From Candidatus Falkowbacteria bacterium (GTDB lineage Bacteria; Patescibacteriota; Patescibacteriia; CAIXNZ01): DNA of 64,000 nucleotides. Shown here one piece after another: positions 30,015 to 39,769 of this stretch. Under the pieces are notes generated by a model that made no database searches, was not told the DNA's origin, and was given only the letters and a program-made list of their open reading frames with translations. Made by a program: the position numbers and the translations under genes. How positions within the stretch are numbered: position 1 is the stretch's first letter; each line of letters begins with the position of its first letter. Location: assembly GCA_963774955.1 (NCBI GenBank), contig CAVZGV010000003.1, forward strand, positions 469,695 to 533,694. The letters run 5' to 3'.

Positions 30015-31646
30015 TTAAACACATTTGGCCAGTGACATTTTTGTCTGGTTGGGATCAATAGGCACCGGATACTTTCCGGTAAAGCAGGCTGCGCAGAAGT
30101 CTGAAGACCGGAGTCCATGGATTTTAGCGCCCATAGCCAGCATGTCTTTGACAGACAAATAACCGACATAGTCGGCGCCAATGCTTGCCCTGATTTTTTC
30201 AATATCACCATTTAAAGATACCGCCAGTAAATCATCGCGTTCGCAGGTATCTATGCCATAGTAACAGGGGAAAACATAGGGAGGCGAGGTCAGCAGCCAG
30301 GCGATCCTGATTTTGTCGTAGATAGCAGGAAAGTCTTGTTTCAGGGAAGCTCTAGCCATGTTGATCAAAGTGCGCGAAACGTTTGATCTGACCAGGGAAT
30401 CGTCTATGAAAATCAGCCAGATTTCCTGCTCAGTCTTGTTTAACTGCATCAGCTCATCTTCGACAGCCTTAAACAGGTTGAAATACTTTTTCTTGTTTTT
30501 CCCGATACGGTCATCCTTAGAAGGTTCTAAGAATGTTCTGCCGACATGGGGATTTTTGTAAAAGGCTGGAAAGTCGAATGAACGTCCGGGGAATTGCAGG
30601 CTTTGTGCGAATTTATAGCCATGCATGGCCATTTCTCCGGAATTCATAATGGGAATGACAAGGCCGGGTTTGGGATGTTGTTTGAAAAGAATTTTCCCAA
30701 AGTTTTTACGGATAACCGTAACCCGTATATTGTAGCCGGCCTGCAGATAAATATCCTCAAAAATACAAAAAGCTCTTTTTTGAGGCTTTAAACCAATGTG
30801 GATCTTCAGAGTTTTGGCTCCGATTCTGGCTTCAACAATGTTGCCGGGTGTAACATTGCCTAGGAAAGTAGCATCGCGGCCATGCCAGGCAACCGGTTCA
30901 GAAGCAAAAATGAAGCTATCGTGTGTTTCCGCCACTTTGAGCGGTCGAATGCCTTTGGGGTCGCGAAAAGCCCAGATACCATCATTGCTCAGCACCAGGC
31001 AGGAGTAGGCACCGCGGATCATCCCCATGGTTTTTTTGATGGCTGTAACCATCTTGGGCACACCTTTATGGTGCGCCCGAGGCGGATTTTCCAGAAAATA
31101 AACAATGAGCTGTAAAATTAGCTCAGTGTCAGTTTCTGCCTTAAAGTTGGTTATGCCTTTGCTGATCAGAAAATTCCGCAAAGCGACGACATTGGTCAGG
31201 TTGCCGTTATGAACAACGGCGTATCTGGCCTTTAATTTTTCCGAGGCCAAGTAAAAAGGCTGGCAATTTGCCAGTCCAGGAGAATGGTCCTCCATGTCCT
31301 CGGATTCAACCATCGGGTTGATAGGTTTGGGTTTGTTTCTTTCCAGCAAAGTAACGCCGCTGCCAGTGGTGGAGTATCTGTTTTGAAAAATTGCGGCCAG
31401 TCCTTTCTTGACTTCCACCCAGATCAAGTCCACAGCTTCTTTGAACTCGCCGTAACCTTTTTTTGTATGAACATCAATGCCGTCAGTCATGGATACACCG
31501 GCTGATTCATTGCCGCGGTAATTGATCAAGATGCCTGAATTCCTTACCCTTCTGGCTATATGAACCTTTTGGTTCGTTTTAACCACCTCACCACCGATTC
31601 CACACATGAGTCCCTCCTTTAATGGGTAGGCTACTGGTATTATCAA
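30015..31646 (-). CDS. amidophosphoribosyltransferase-like protein (class II Ntn glutamine amidotransferase plus PRTase domain); true start probably at M-CGIGG (31607)
   Basis: MCGIGGE Ntn Cys1. PRTase motif IFIDDSLVRSNVSRT. C-terminal CAACFTGKYP as in PurF. Confidence 0.65.
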   Translation of the reverse strand: MIIPVAYPLKEGLMCGIGGEVVKTNQKVHIARRVRNSGILINYRGNESAGVSMTDGIDVHTKKGYGEFKEAVDLIWVEVKKGLAAIFQNRYSTTGSGVTLLERNKPKPINPMVESEDMEDHSPGLANCQPFYLASEKLKARYAVVHNGNLTNVVALRNFLISKGITNFKAETDTELILQLIVYFLENPPRAHHKGVPKMVTAIKKTMGMIRGAYSCLVLSNDGIWAFRDPKGIRPLKVAETHDSFIFASEPVAWHGRDATFLGNVTPGNIVEARIGAKTLKIHIGLKPQKRAFCIFEDIYLQAGYNIRVTVIRKNFGKILFKQHPKPGLVIPIMNSGEMAMHGYKFAQSLQFPGRSFDFPAFYKNPHVGRTFLEPSKDDRIGKNKKKYFNLFKAVEDELMQLNKTEQEIWLIFIDDSLVRSNVSRTLINMARASLKQDFPAIYDKIRIAWLLTSPPYVFPCYYGIDTCERDDLLAVSLNGDIEKIRASIGADYVGYLSVKDMLAMGAKIHGLRSSDFCAACFTGKYPVPIDPNQTKMSLAKCV

Positions 31647-31774
31647 GATTTCCCTATATCAGAAAAATTGTAAATGAACTTTACTGATTATAGCTTAGGC
31701 CTGCTTGGCAAAAAAGTCAATTTTTGCTAAGATTAGAATATCCACCTTGGCTCTCCGAGCTACGGTGGACAAGT

Positions 31775-31857
31775 AGATTTAAGATATAAGATCTAAGATT
31801 TAAGTTAAATTAAAGCAATTAAGCGTGCTTAAATCGTAAATCCTAAATCTTAAATCC
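31775..31857 (+). promoter_or_regulatory. ~83-nt imperfect palindromic AT-rich leader upstream of serS built from GATTTAAGAT / ATCTTAAATC units
   Basis: 31775-31803 is an approximate reverse complement of 31828-31857. The loop contains TTAAGCgtGCTTAA. Confidence 0.4.
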
Positions 31858-31865
31858 AATAAAAT

Positions 31866-33185
31866 ATGTTAGATATAAATTACATCAGAGAAAATTTAAA
31901 GGACATTAAAAAGGCTGCTAAAAATAAGAAAATAGGAATTGACCTGGATAAGCTTTTGAAATTAGATGAAAAGAGACGCCAATTAATCCAGGAAATGGAT
32001 TTATTGCGTAGTAAACGAAATGAAAATGCTGATTTGCTTAAAGACCCCAAAAAACGTACGGACAAGCTGATTAGCGAGGGTAGGGAGCTGAAAGATAAAG
32101 TTTCCGCCTTAGAGCAGGAACAGCAGGGCGTCTTGGCTGAGTATGAAGAATTGATGGTCAAAGTGCCGACTATACCTTCTGCTGACACGCCTATCGGTAA
32201 GGATGAGAGTGAAAATGTGGAAGTTTATAAATGGGGTGAACCCACTAAATTTGATTTTAAGCCTAAATCATACATGGACTTGGTTGAAAGTTTGGATTTA
32301 GTTGATATTGAAAGAGGCGCCAAAGTAGCCGGTTATCGTGGCTATTACTTAAAAAATGAAGCAGTCATGCTGCAAATGGGTTTAATGATGCATGCCTTAA
32401 CTAAATTAATTGCTAAAGGGTTTGTTCCGATTATACCCCCAACACTTGTTAAAGAGTTTGTTTTATTCGGTAGCGGTTATTTTGCCGGCAGAAATTACAA
32501 TTCATCTGTAGATGAAATTTATAAGATTGCCAATGAGGAAAAACTAGCTGACGGCACCCTTAAAAAAGAAGATAAATTTTTAGTGGGGACGGCAGAGCCG
32601 TCTTTGTTATCATATTATGCAGATGAGATTTTAGATGAAAAACAATTGCCCATTAAATTTGTGGGGTTTTCCCCATGTTATCGTAGTGAAATCGGCAGTT
32701 ATGGCAAGGATACCAAGGGTATTTACCGCGTTCATGAATTCATGAAAGTGGAGCAGGTCTGCTTAACCAAGGCTGATATTAAGGAATCAGATAAAATGCA
32801 TCAGGCCATGATTGAAATTTCCAAGGAAATACATGAAGAATTGAAAGTGCCTTATCGTTTATTACAGATTTGTACCGGTGATATGAGCGCCGGCAAGTAT
32901 AAGATGTTTGATATAGAAGCTTGGATGCCAAGCCGAAATAGTTATGGGGAAACTGGCTCAGCGTCAAATTTTCTGGATTGGCAGGCTCGTCGTTTAAATG
33001 TTAAATATAAAGATGCCGAAGGCGATAAAAAATATGTGCATATGATAAATAATACTGCCATAGCAAGCCCCAGGTTCTTAATTGCTTTATTAGAAAATTA
33101 TCAAAATAAGGATGGTTCAGTTACTATACCTGAAGTTTTAAAGTCATATTTAGGGAATCAAGATAAAATAAAGCCAAGAAAATAG
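31866..33185 (+). CDS. serS: seryl-tRNA synthetase
   Basis: N-terminal coiled-coil arm. Motif 2 FSPCYRSEIGSYGKDTKGIYRVHEF. Confidence 0.9.
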   Translation: MLDINYIRENLKDIKKAAKNKKIGIDLDKLLKLDEKRRQLIQEMDLLRSKRNENADLLKDPKKRTDKLISEGRELKDKVSALEQEQQGVLAEYEELMVKVPTIPSADTPIGKDESENVEVYKWGEPTKFDFKPKSYMDLVESLDLVDIERGAKVAGYRGYYLKNEAVMLQMGLMMHALTKLIAKGFVPIIPPTLVKEFVLFGSGYFAGRNYNSSVDEIYKIANEEKLADGTLKKEDKFLVGTAEPSLLSYYADEILDEKQLPIKFVGFSPCYRSEIGSYGKDTKGIYRVHEFMKVEQVCLTKADIKESDKMHQAMIEISKEIHEELKVPYRLLQICTGDMSAGKYKMFDIEAWMPSRNSYGETGSASNFLDWQARRLNVKYKDAEGDKKYVHMINNTAIASPRFLIALLENYQNKDGSVTIPEVLKSYLGNQDKIKPRK

Positions 33186-33313
33186 TTTTTTTTGCTAAAA
33201 TTAGCCAATAAATTTAAAATTCAGCCAAATAAACAGGGGATAGGGTGCCTTTTATTATTGTTTGAATAACTTATTTATCCGCCCGAATATAATCAATAAA
33301 TACGGGTATTTAC

Positions 33314-34300
33314 TTGAAGAATGCTTTGGATAAATTTTGTGTTCATAAAAATAATCTCTATAACATGTGGCGCAGTAAAAATAAAAATAAATTATTCAAA
33401 CCTAAAGTTTATAAGATTGAAAAGCCCAAAATTAAGTATAAGAATCCTTTATCTTTTAAAAAGGGTATTTTTAAATTGAGAGTTGTTAAAATTGTCAATT
33501 TAATCTTATTGTTAGGTATTTTGGGCTGTTTTTATTTTTTTATTTTTTCACCATTTTATGATATTTCGGAAATTATAGTTAGCGGTAATAAAATAGCCTC
33601 TACAGAGGATATTTTAGAGGTAGCTACCAATTATCTAGCTCAAAACAGGGCAGTTATCTTAAAAAATCGGAATATTTTCCTTTTAAATGAAAAGCAATTG
33701 ACTCAGAAGATCAATGAATTAATTTTATTAGACAACTTGGAGATTAATAAAAGGTTACCAAATACGATTAGATTAACTTTGACTGAAAAGGACGCCGCCG
33801 TTAAGTGGTTAACTAATAATGAATCATATTTAATTGATAGTAACGGTCAAATTATCAAAAAATACTACAAAATAGTCACTCCAGATATCTTTTCTTTAAG
33901 TACGGATCCGGATAGGCAAATTCCGCCTCTAGATGATGACATTTTAGTAAGTATGCTTAATTTGGCCAATCAGCCTGTTAATTTAGGTGATAAAGTCTTA
34001 AATCCTCAGAATATGACCTTTATCAAGGATTTGTTGAATAATATGGCTGTAAATGGCTATAAAATCAATAAAATTGAGGTTCCAAACAATTTTCCGCAAT
34101 ATTTAAGCTTAAATATCAACGAAGGCTGGCTAATTCATTTTAGTTTAAATGATACTTTAGCCGCTCAATTGGCCAGATTAAATTTATTAATTGATAAGAA
34201 AATTAACAAATCAAATTTAATTCGGCTGGAATATATTGATTTACGTTTGGGAGAAAGTATTTATTATAAGTTTAAGGGGCAAGAACAGATAAAGCCCTAA
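33314..34300 (+). CDS. FtsQ/DivIB-like cell division protein (TM plus POTRA)
   Basis: Basic N-terminus. TM IVNLILLLGILGCFYFFIF. POTRA-like segment (ISEIIVSGNK...LPNTIRLTLTEKDAAVKW). Confidence 0.5.
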   Translation: MKNALDKFCVHKNNLYNMWRSKNKNKLFKPKVYKIEKPKIKYKNPLSFKKGIFKLRVVKIVNLILLLGILGCFYFFIFSPFYDISEIIVSGNKIASTEDILEVATNYLAQNRAVILKNRNIFLLNEKQLTQKINELILLDNLEINKRLPNTIRLTLTEKDAAVKWLTNNESYLIDSNGQIIKKYYKIVTPDIFSLSTDPDRQIPPLDDDILVSMLNLANQPVNLGDKVLNPQNMTFIKDLLNNMAVNGYKINKIEVPNNFPQYLSLNINEGWLIHFSLNDTLAAQLARLNLLIDKKINKSNLIRLEYIDLRLGESIYYKFKGQEQIKP

Positions 34301-34419
34301 GCCAAACCTGCAAATTCAGATTCGGTGAAGTAGTTGGGGATAAAGGGATTTGACGTAAATAGTCCATAATTATATACTGATAGTAACTTCGCATAATATA
34401 GCTTAAACGCACTTAGGAT

Positions 34420-35400
34420 ATGGCTAATAACGATAAAACCTTAATTAGTTATATTCCAGGCTTTCTGGAGTTTTTAGAGGTGGAAAAAGGATTAGCCCAT
34501 CTTAGTGTAAAGAATTATGATCGATTTTTAAATAAATTTAAAATCTGGCTGGATAAAAATTATCACAATTTAAAGCCTGCTGATTTTACCGGCGATATTC
34601 TTTACCAATTCAGGATCTATTTATCACGTCTAGATGTGAATAATAAAACCGGCCAAAACCTTAAAAAATCAACTCAAAATTACTATTTAATCGCTTTACG
34701 CAATTTTTTAGCCTATTTGATTGAAAAGGATATAAATACCCTACCTCCTAATAAAGTTAAGCTGGCTAAGGATAAATCACAGGATAGAGTCGTAAAATTT
34801 TTAAGCCTGGAACAGTTGAAAAGGCTTTTAGCCGGACCTGAAACTAAAGATATAAGAGGTTTAAGGGATCGGGCTATTTTGGAAACACTTTTTAGTACGG
34901 GTTTACGCATTGCTGAATTAGTCGCCCTAAATCGCGAGCAATTCAATTTAAAGGTTATTTCCAATACTAAATTAGATTCCTTAGAATTAACGATTGTCGG
35001 CAAAGGCAGTCATCCCCGCCCGGTGTATTTTTCTCGTCGCTGTCTTGATTGGTTGATTAGATATTTGAATGCGCGTAAGGACATGGATAAGCCATTATTT
35101 GCCGGCCATGGACCAAATTCCAGTTCGACCGAAGAAAGCCGTTTAACTCCGAGGGCAATTGAGAATTTACTAGGTAAATACAGCAAAATAGCCGGCTTGC
35201 CATTTATGGCCACGCCGCATACTTTAAGGCATACCTATGCTACTGATTTATTGAACCAGGGTGCTGATTTAAGGACAGTGCAGGAATTTTTAGGCCATAA
35301 GAATATAATGACCACACAAATATACACGCATGTTACCAACAAGAGATTGAAAGATCTGCATCAGAAATTTCATAGCGGCAAGGATTTAAATAATGATTGA
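34420..35400 (+). CDS. tyrosine site-specific recombinase (XerC/XerD family)
   Basis: Catalytic residues LRHTYATDLLNQGADLRTVQEFLGHKNIMTTQIYTHV. SAM-like N-terminal domain. Confidence 0.8.
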   Translation: MANNDKTLISYIPGFLEFLEVEKGLAHLSVKNYDRFLNKFKIWLDKNYHNLKPADFTGDILYQFRIYLSRLDVNNKTGQNLKKSTQNYYLIALRNFLAYLIEKDINTLPPNKVKLAKDKSQDRVVKFLSLEQLKRLLAGPETKDIRGLRDRAILETLFSTGLRIAELVALNREQFNLKVISNTKLDSLELTIVGKGSHPRPVYFSRRCLDWLIRYLNARKDMDKPLFAGHGPNSSSTEESRLTPRAIENLLGKYSKIAGLPFMATPHTLRHTYATDLLNQGADLRTVQEFLGHKNIMTTQIYTHVTNKRLKDLHQKFHSGKDLNND

Positions 35401-35947
35401 AATTATAATGGATAAAAGTACAGAATCATTATTAAATATTTTTTATTCAAATTCCCCGTTGAATATAGATTATCAGGCAATTGATGAATTAGAATATTTA
35501 ATAGATGAACATTTAATCGTGGTTACCTTAACGCAATTATGTAATGTCAGAAAGTTGCATGAAATTATTGATAAAATAAATAGCGGAAATATAAAAGCCA
35601 TTGATTATCAAGGCGGCGGCATAAAACATATGGCACTTAAAAAACTGGGCGAAGATTTACTTTTAAATCTTAATAAAAAGGCCAAAATTGAAAGTCTATT
35701 TAATAATCGGTACCCGGATGTGATTTCCTTAGATTTAAAGGTTATTATTGAATGCGGCGATACTGATCCTAATAAAATCTTAGAGTATTTTAATTCCGGT
35801 GTGGAAAGTGTGATTATACTCCCCTATCCCAATTCCGAAGAAGTGAATTATTATGAATTTAGCTATAAAGACTTGAAAGAAGTACAAGAATATATTAAAA
35901 ATAGTTATTTTAATGATAAAATTAAGCAGATAATAAACAGAAGATAA
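35393..35947 (+). CDS. hypothetical protein, translationally coupled to the recombinase (ATGA overlap)
   Basis: ORF only. No recognisable motif. Very AT-rich. Confidence 0.35.
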   Translation: MIEIIMDKSTESLLNIFYSNSPLNIDYQAIDELEYLIDEHLIVVTLTQLCNVRKLHEIIDKINSGNIKAIDYQGGGIKHMALKKLGEDLLLNLNKKAKIESLFNNRYPDVISLDLKVIIECGDTDPNKILEYFNSGVESVIILPYPNSEEVNYYEFSYKDLKEVQEYIKNSYFNDKIKQIINRR

Positions 35948-36079
35948 CATGTTATTAATGACTAAAATAGCTGTTATTGTGCGACTCATACACTTAAACA
36001 CAGACAAGCTATCTAAGGACTCCTCTATCCAAAAAAAAGAGACTATATATAGCCTCTTTTTTGTTTTATAGAATAAAAT

Positions 36080-37177
36080 TTAATTACCACCGCCTGATGC
36101 TTTGCATTGATTAAAAAACTTCATTGCTTTTTGACCATAAGCTGCAGCTTTAGCTCCCCCACCATTATAGCGGGCAAATGCAGTTTGATAGTCTGAACCA
36201 TTAAATTTGCTTTTCCATAGCTTTAAGGATGTTTCAATATTCTTTTTGACACTTAAAGCCATTCTGGGCGTGAAACATTCTCCGGAAAACTTACGACTTA
36301 CCACAGTTGCATTGTTATTGCAGGTTTCCCAATATTTATAGCCTTTGGGAAAGAAAGTTAATTGACCCAATCCAATGCCATGGGAGTAGCGCCAATCTAA
36401 CCCTAAATCTTCAGTATTTTGAATAGGTTCTTTGGGGCATTTGGTATCACCTCCATATTGTCCTTTCATTTTTCTGTATGCTTCAGTTGCGCTGGAACTG
36501 ATATCATGTCCTATTGCATTAGGTTTACCAGCAGATTCCATTTTAAATTTGGTCACAATAACGCACGGGTCAATTCCTAATTGTTTGGCAATTTCCTTGC
36601 CTAATTTTAAAATTTCATCACTAGTCATGTTAGATTGATCAATATCTTCTCCCATGCTTTCCATCATAAGGTTTACTAATTCAGGCGGTACATATGAGAT
36701 GCCCAATAGTTTTTGAATTTGAGGTGTTTTTAATTCTTTGATGCCAACAAAAGAAAGAAAGATATAGCTAAATAGAATTATCCCCAAACCAATTACACCA
36801 TGGGTAATATAATCCTTGGCATTTTGAATAAGTTTTTTGTCTCCACCTGAAATAGCCCATAAAGCTCCTGCAAAGATCATGATCGCTAAAATAATAGGAA
36901 TAATAATATAGAGTGCCATTTTGTATATGTTGAAAATATAATCACCGATATCCCTTGCCTTTATATAACCAAAAATTGGAACTTGTAATTCAATGGTACC
37001 TTCATCTGCGGCTGCTTGTTCTGCTAAATCCGGATCAATATTTGAAAAACCTATGGATGCAGGAGCTTCTTCTGGAAGTTCAGCTTTAACTATAACTGGC
37101 AAAAAACAAATAATTACAAAGATGGCAAAGCTAAGTATCATTAAATATTTTTTTCTATTGTAATTTAATTTTTTCAT
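36080..37177 (-). CDS. membrane-hairpin-anchored lytic transglycosylase (signal peptide, conserved two-TM VirB2/TrbC-like hairpin, SLT lysozyme-like domain)
   Basis: LQVPIFGY motif and hairpin ALYIIIPIILAIMIFAGALWAISGG...ITHGVIGLGIILFSYIFLSFVGIKEL. SLT motifs MESAGKPNAIGH ... GIGLGQL. Confidence 0.6.
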   Translation of the reverse strand: MKKLNYNRKKYLMILSFAIFVIICFLPVIVKAELPEEAPASIGFSNIDPDLAEQAAADEGTIELQVPIFGYIKARDIGDYIFNIYKMALYIIIPIILAIMIFAGALWAISGGDKKLIQNAKDYITHGVIGLGIILFSYIFLSFVGIKELKTPQIQKLLGISYVPPELVNLMMESMGEDIDQSNMTSDEILKLGKEIAKQLGIDPCVIVTKFKMESAGKPNAIGHDISSSATEAYRKMKGQYGGDTKCPKEPIQNTEDLGLDWRYSHGIGLGQLTFFPKGYKYWETCNNNATVVSRKFSGECFTPRMALSVKKNIETSLKLWKSKFNGSDYQTAFARYNGGGAKAAAYGQKAMKFFNQCKASGGGN

Positions 37178-37185
37178 AAATTATT

Positions 37186-38286
37186 TTATTTGGCGCAAGG
37201 ACCGAGCCATTCAAAATGCATATTATCGCATTTGCTCTTATAATCCCCTCCCCAGCGAAAGCCAGGTGTCGATTTGAAGGCATTTATCACCGCTGTCGGA
37301 ATGTTTGGTTTACAGTTACATTTGCTTCGGCTGGCATTGTCACAGGCGCCGCATTCCCAGGGGCTGATATCAAGAGCAATGCCAAAAGAATGAAAACTGC
37401 GGTTTGTTGCTGACGGGCCATGTCCAGTATTAACCATGCGCCAATTAAAAGTACCGTTTATACTGACATTTTTGCCGCAGGTTAATTTTTGGCCTGTTGG
37501 TATTTTACTGCACGCTTGTTTATAGGCATCAGCTGCTAATTGATGAACTTTTAAAGTCCCGTTTAAACCCGGACAAGGCACACTAACTAATTTGCTTTGT
37601 ACTACACTGCTCGAATTGCCAAAGGTGCTATAATAACAGGCTTGGCCCTGTGAACCAATAGTACCACCCGAAATTTCTGAATTGTCAGTAGGCACCGCTT
37701 CTTCCAAATCGATCAGTTTAAATTCCTCTATTTTTTGGGCAGCTATATATTCTATGGTCGGTTCTTTTAACTCTTTAATCCCCACTATTGATAATAAAAC
37801 ATAACTAAATATAACTATGCCCAAACCTATAAATCCTTGGATTATTTGCGAAATGGCTTTTTTCTTTTGTGATTCATTAAAACCGGAAGACATCCAGAGC
37901 ATGCCCCCATACATAACAACAATAATTAATAAAGGCACTATAATATAAAGAGCTGAGCTGTAAATAGTTAATATGTATTGAGCCATGCCTGAAACCTTGG
38001 TAAAAGTGAAAATCGGAATATTTAATTCAATTTCGTTGGGTTCTATTGTTCCTGTTGGCTTTTGGACACCTGGGCAGCAGATCAAACCATTGCATAAGGT
38101 ATTATCTGGATCAGGAGTTTCTCCATCCCCACATTGGTATTCGCAATGGCCAATGGTGTCAGGATATTTTTCTAGGCAGGTTTTAGCCTGACATAACTGT
38201 ATATTTACACAAAAAAATAGTATCAAAAAAAAGATAGCAGAAAATAGTTGTATTGTTTTTTGTTTTTTAAATTTTTTTATTGACAT
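37186..38286 (-). CDS. membrane-hairpin-anchored peptidase M15 (VanY-like) cell-wall hydrolase with a Cys-rich N-terminal ectodomain
   Basis: Same hairpin (ALYIIVPLLIIVVMYGGMLWMSSG...IQGFIGLGIVIFSYVLLSIVGIKEL). M15 motifs SFHSFGIALDI and DNMHFEW. Confidence 0.6.
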   Translation of the reverse strand: MSIKKFKKQKTIQLFSAIFFLILFFCVNIQLCQAKTCLEKYPDTIGHCEYQCGDGETPDPDNTLCNGLICCPGVQKPTGTIEPNEIELNIPIFTFTKVSGMAQYILTIYSSALYIIVPLLIIVVMYGGMLWMSSGFNESQKKKAISQIIQGFIGLGIVIFSYVLLSIVGIKELKEPTIEYIAAQKIEEFKLIDLEEAVPTDNSEISGGTIGSQGQACYYSTFGNSSSVVQSKLVSVPCPGLNGTLKVHQLAADAYKQACSKIPTGQKLTCGKNVSINGTFNWRMVNTGHGPSATNRSFHSFGIALDISPWECGACDNASRSKCNCKPNIPTAVINAFKSTPGFRWGGDYKSKCDNMHFEWLGPCAK

Positions 38287-38300
38287 CTAATTAGATAATT

Positions 38301-39281
38301 TTAATGCCCGCTTGGTGAAAAGTGCCAAGGTTCGCTAACCTTTCCACCTTTGATTTCGGCTTTTAAGCCGGCAGCATTAAAACATTTTTTTAAGATTTGA
38401 TCAGAGTTTGCCCATGTCCCTACCCTGCCACCGTCAATTCTGACATCAAAAGCAGCACCTGTCCCATGATTAGAACAACATGGATTGGCTGCCCAACCTG
38501 GATCTTTAGTTTTAAAAGTTGTATATTGTGCTGCTGCTGAGCGCCAGCCGCTTCCAGTTATAGTATGACCAGTTGTGGATTTGACACATTCTGCCGCTTT
38601 TATAAAAGCAGCTAAACCAGCTTCTGAGGCAAAAAGACCACCACCAGCACCATATTTCCCCATGGGTACAATTTTCATACCTGGAGGTGCATTATTTCCC
38701 AAGGCTTTGCATTTTAGACCAATATCTTCACGATAACCCTTATAACCTCTGGCAGGATATTGATCACAAATTGCCTGATATGGATTAGCTCCAAATTCAC
38801 CCGAAGATGCGCTGGTTGTTTGGCCGCTTGTATCAGAAGCATCAAACTCAAGCTCCTTTAAGTCAAATTCTGGGATCTCTTCGCCTTTTATAGTTTGAAG
38901 TCCGGGTAAATTTAATGTTGTTAAGCCGATAAATGACAAAATAGCATAGCTCAAGGCAGCCAGTACAAGTCCTAAAATAGCGCTGGTAATATAAGTTTTT
39001 GCTGTTTTAATTGCCGGCGGATAGGCGCCTGAAAAGACCCACATAAAGCCGCCCCACATAATCATAACTATAGCTATAGGTACAATTAAGAATAAGGCAT
39101 ACTCAAAAATTTTGCCTATATATTCGGCTATATTTGTGGCTTTAGTATAACCAAATATCGGCACCTGGAGATCAAGGTTTGGTTGATCGGCAGAAACAAC
39201 AGGGACTGAAATTAAAAAGTAAAAAACCAGGCAGCTGCAGATAACCAATTTAAATATTAATTTTAGATATATATTTTTCAT
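38301..39281 (-). CDS. membrane-hairpin-anchored peptidase M15 (VanY-like) cell-wall hydrolase
   Basis: LQVPIFGY plus hairpin (ALFLIVPIAIVMIMWGGFMWVFSG...ITSAILGLVLAALSYAILSFIGL). M15 motifs SNHGTGAAFDV and EPWHF. Confidence 0.6.
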   Translation of the reverse strand: MKNIYLKLIFKLVICSCLVFYFLISVPVVSADQPNLDLQVPIFGYTKATNIAEYIGKIFEYALFLIVPIAIVMIMWGGFMWVFSGAYPPAIKTAKTYITSAILGLVLAALSYAILSFIGLTTLNLPGLQTIKGEEIPEFDLKELEFDASDTSGQTTSASSGEFGANPYQAICDQYPARGYKGYREDIGLKCKALGNNAPPGMKIVPMGKYGAGGGLFASEAGLAAFIKAAECVKSTTGHTITGSGWRSAAAQYTTFKTKDPGWAANPCCSNHGTGAAFDVRIDGGRVGTWANSDQILKKCFNAAGLKAEIKGGKVSEPWHFSPSGH

Positions 39282-39724
39282 TAGGTAATTTTATTAAAAA
39301 ATATTTGTTTCAACCAGCGGGTAGATATAAAAAACAGCAAGGCAAAAATCAGATTGGTTGGTTCGATTTTTTGAGGATTCAGAATAAAGCCAATCAGTAA
39401 GATAAGGACACTGCCGCCGTAAATTATAATATCGACCATGAAAAAGTCAAAGCTGGTAATAATAATCTCAAATTGAGTTCTCCCCCGTTCCCTTTCCCGG
39501 CTAAGCCGAAAATAATTTGTGGTTAAAGCCAAAAATAAGGCTAATAATAAAATCGTCGCCGGAAACCAAAATACAATAATTTGGCCGACGGTATCAATTA
39601 GATTGGGGAAAAAATACCAGACTATAATTACCGTGCCGATTATCAGCCAGACCAAATATACACTTACCAAATTTTGGATAAATTTTTTAAATTTTTCATA
39701 GCCGGTGGATTCTGGATAAGACAT
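39281..39724 (-). CDS. small polytopic membrane protein, first gene of the hydrolase operon
   Basis: 147 aa, 3-4 TM helices. There is a 1-nt overlap with the downstream gene. Confidence 0.4.
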   Translation of the reverse strand: MSYPESTGYEKFKKFIQNLVSVYLVWLIIGTVIIVWYFFPNLIDTVGQIIVFWFPATILLLALFLALTTNYFRLSRERERGRTQFEIIITSFDFFMVDIIIYGGSVLILLIGFILNPQKIEPTNLIFALLFFISTRWLKQIFFNKIT

Positions 39725-39769
39725 TCAATTTAAATTAAAAGTCAGAAATAAAATCTATAGTAATAATAA

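Noticed and set aside
31647-31865. Possible T-box riboswitch upstream of serS
   Set aside because: The leader is structured, but I could not find the T-box consensus (AAUUAGGGUGGNACCGCG) or a specifier-loop arrangement. The nearest match, ACGGTGGACAAG, is too poor. I report it as a palindromic leader instead.
33186-35400. Integrated prophage or integrative element marked by the tyrosine recombinase
   Set aside because: I found no phage structural genes and no obvious att direct repeats. The N-terminal SAM-like domain fits a chromosomal XerC/D just as well. I keep it only as possible context for the hydrolase operon.
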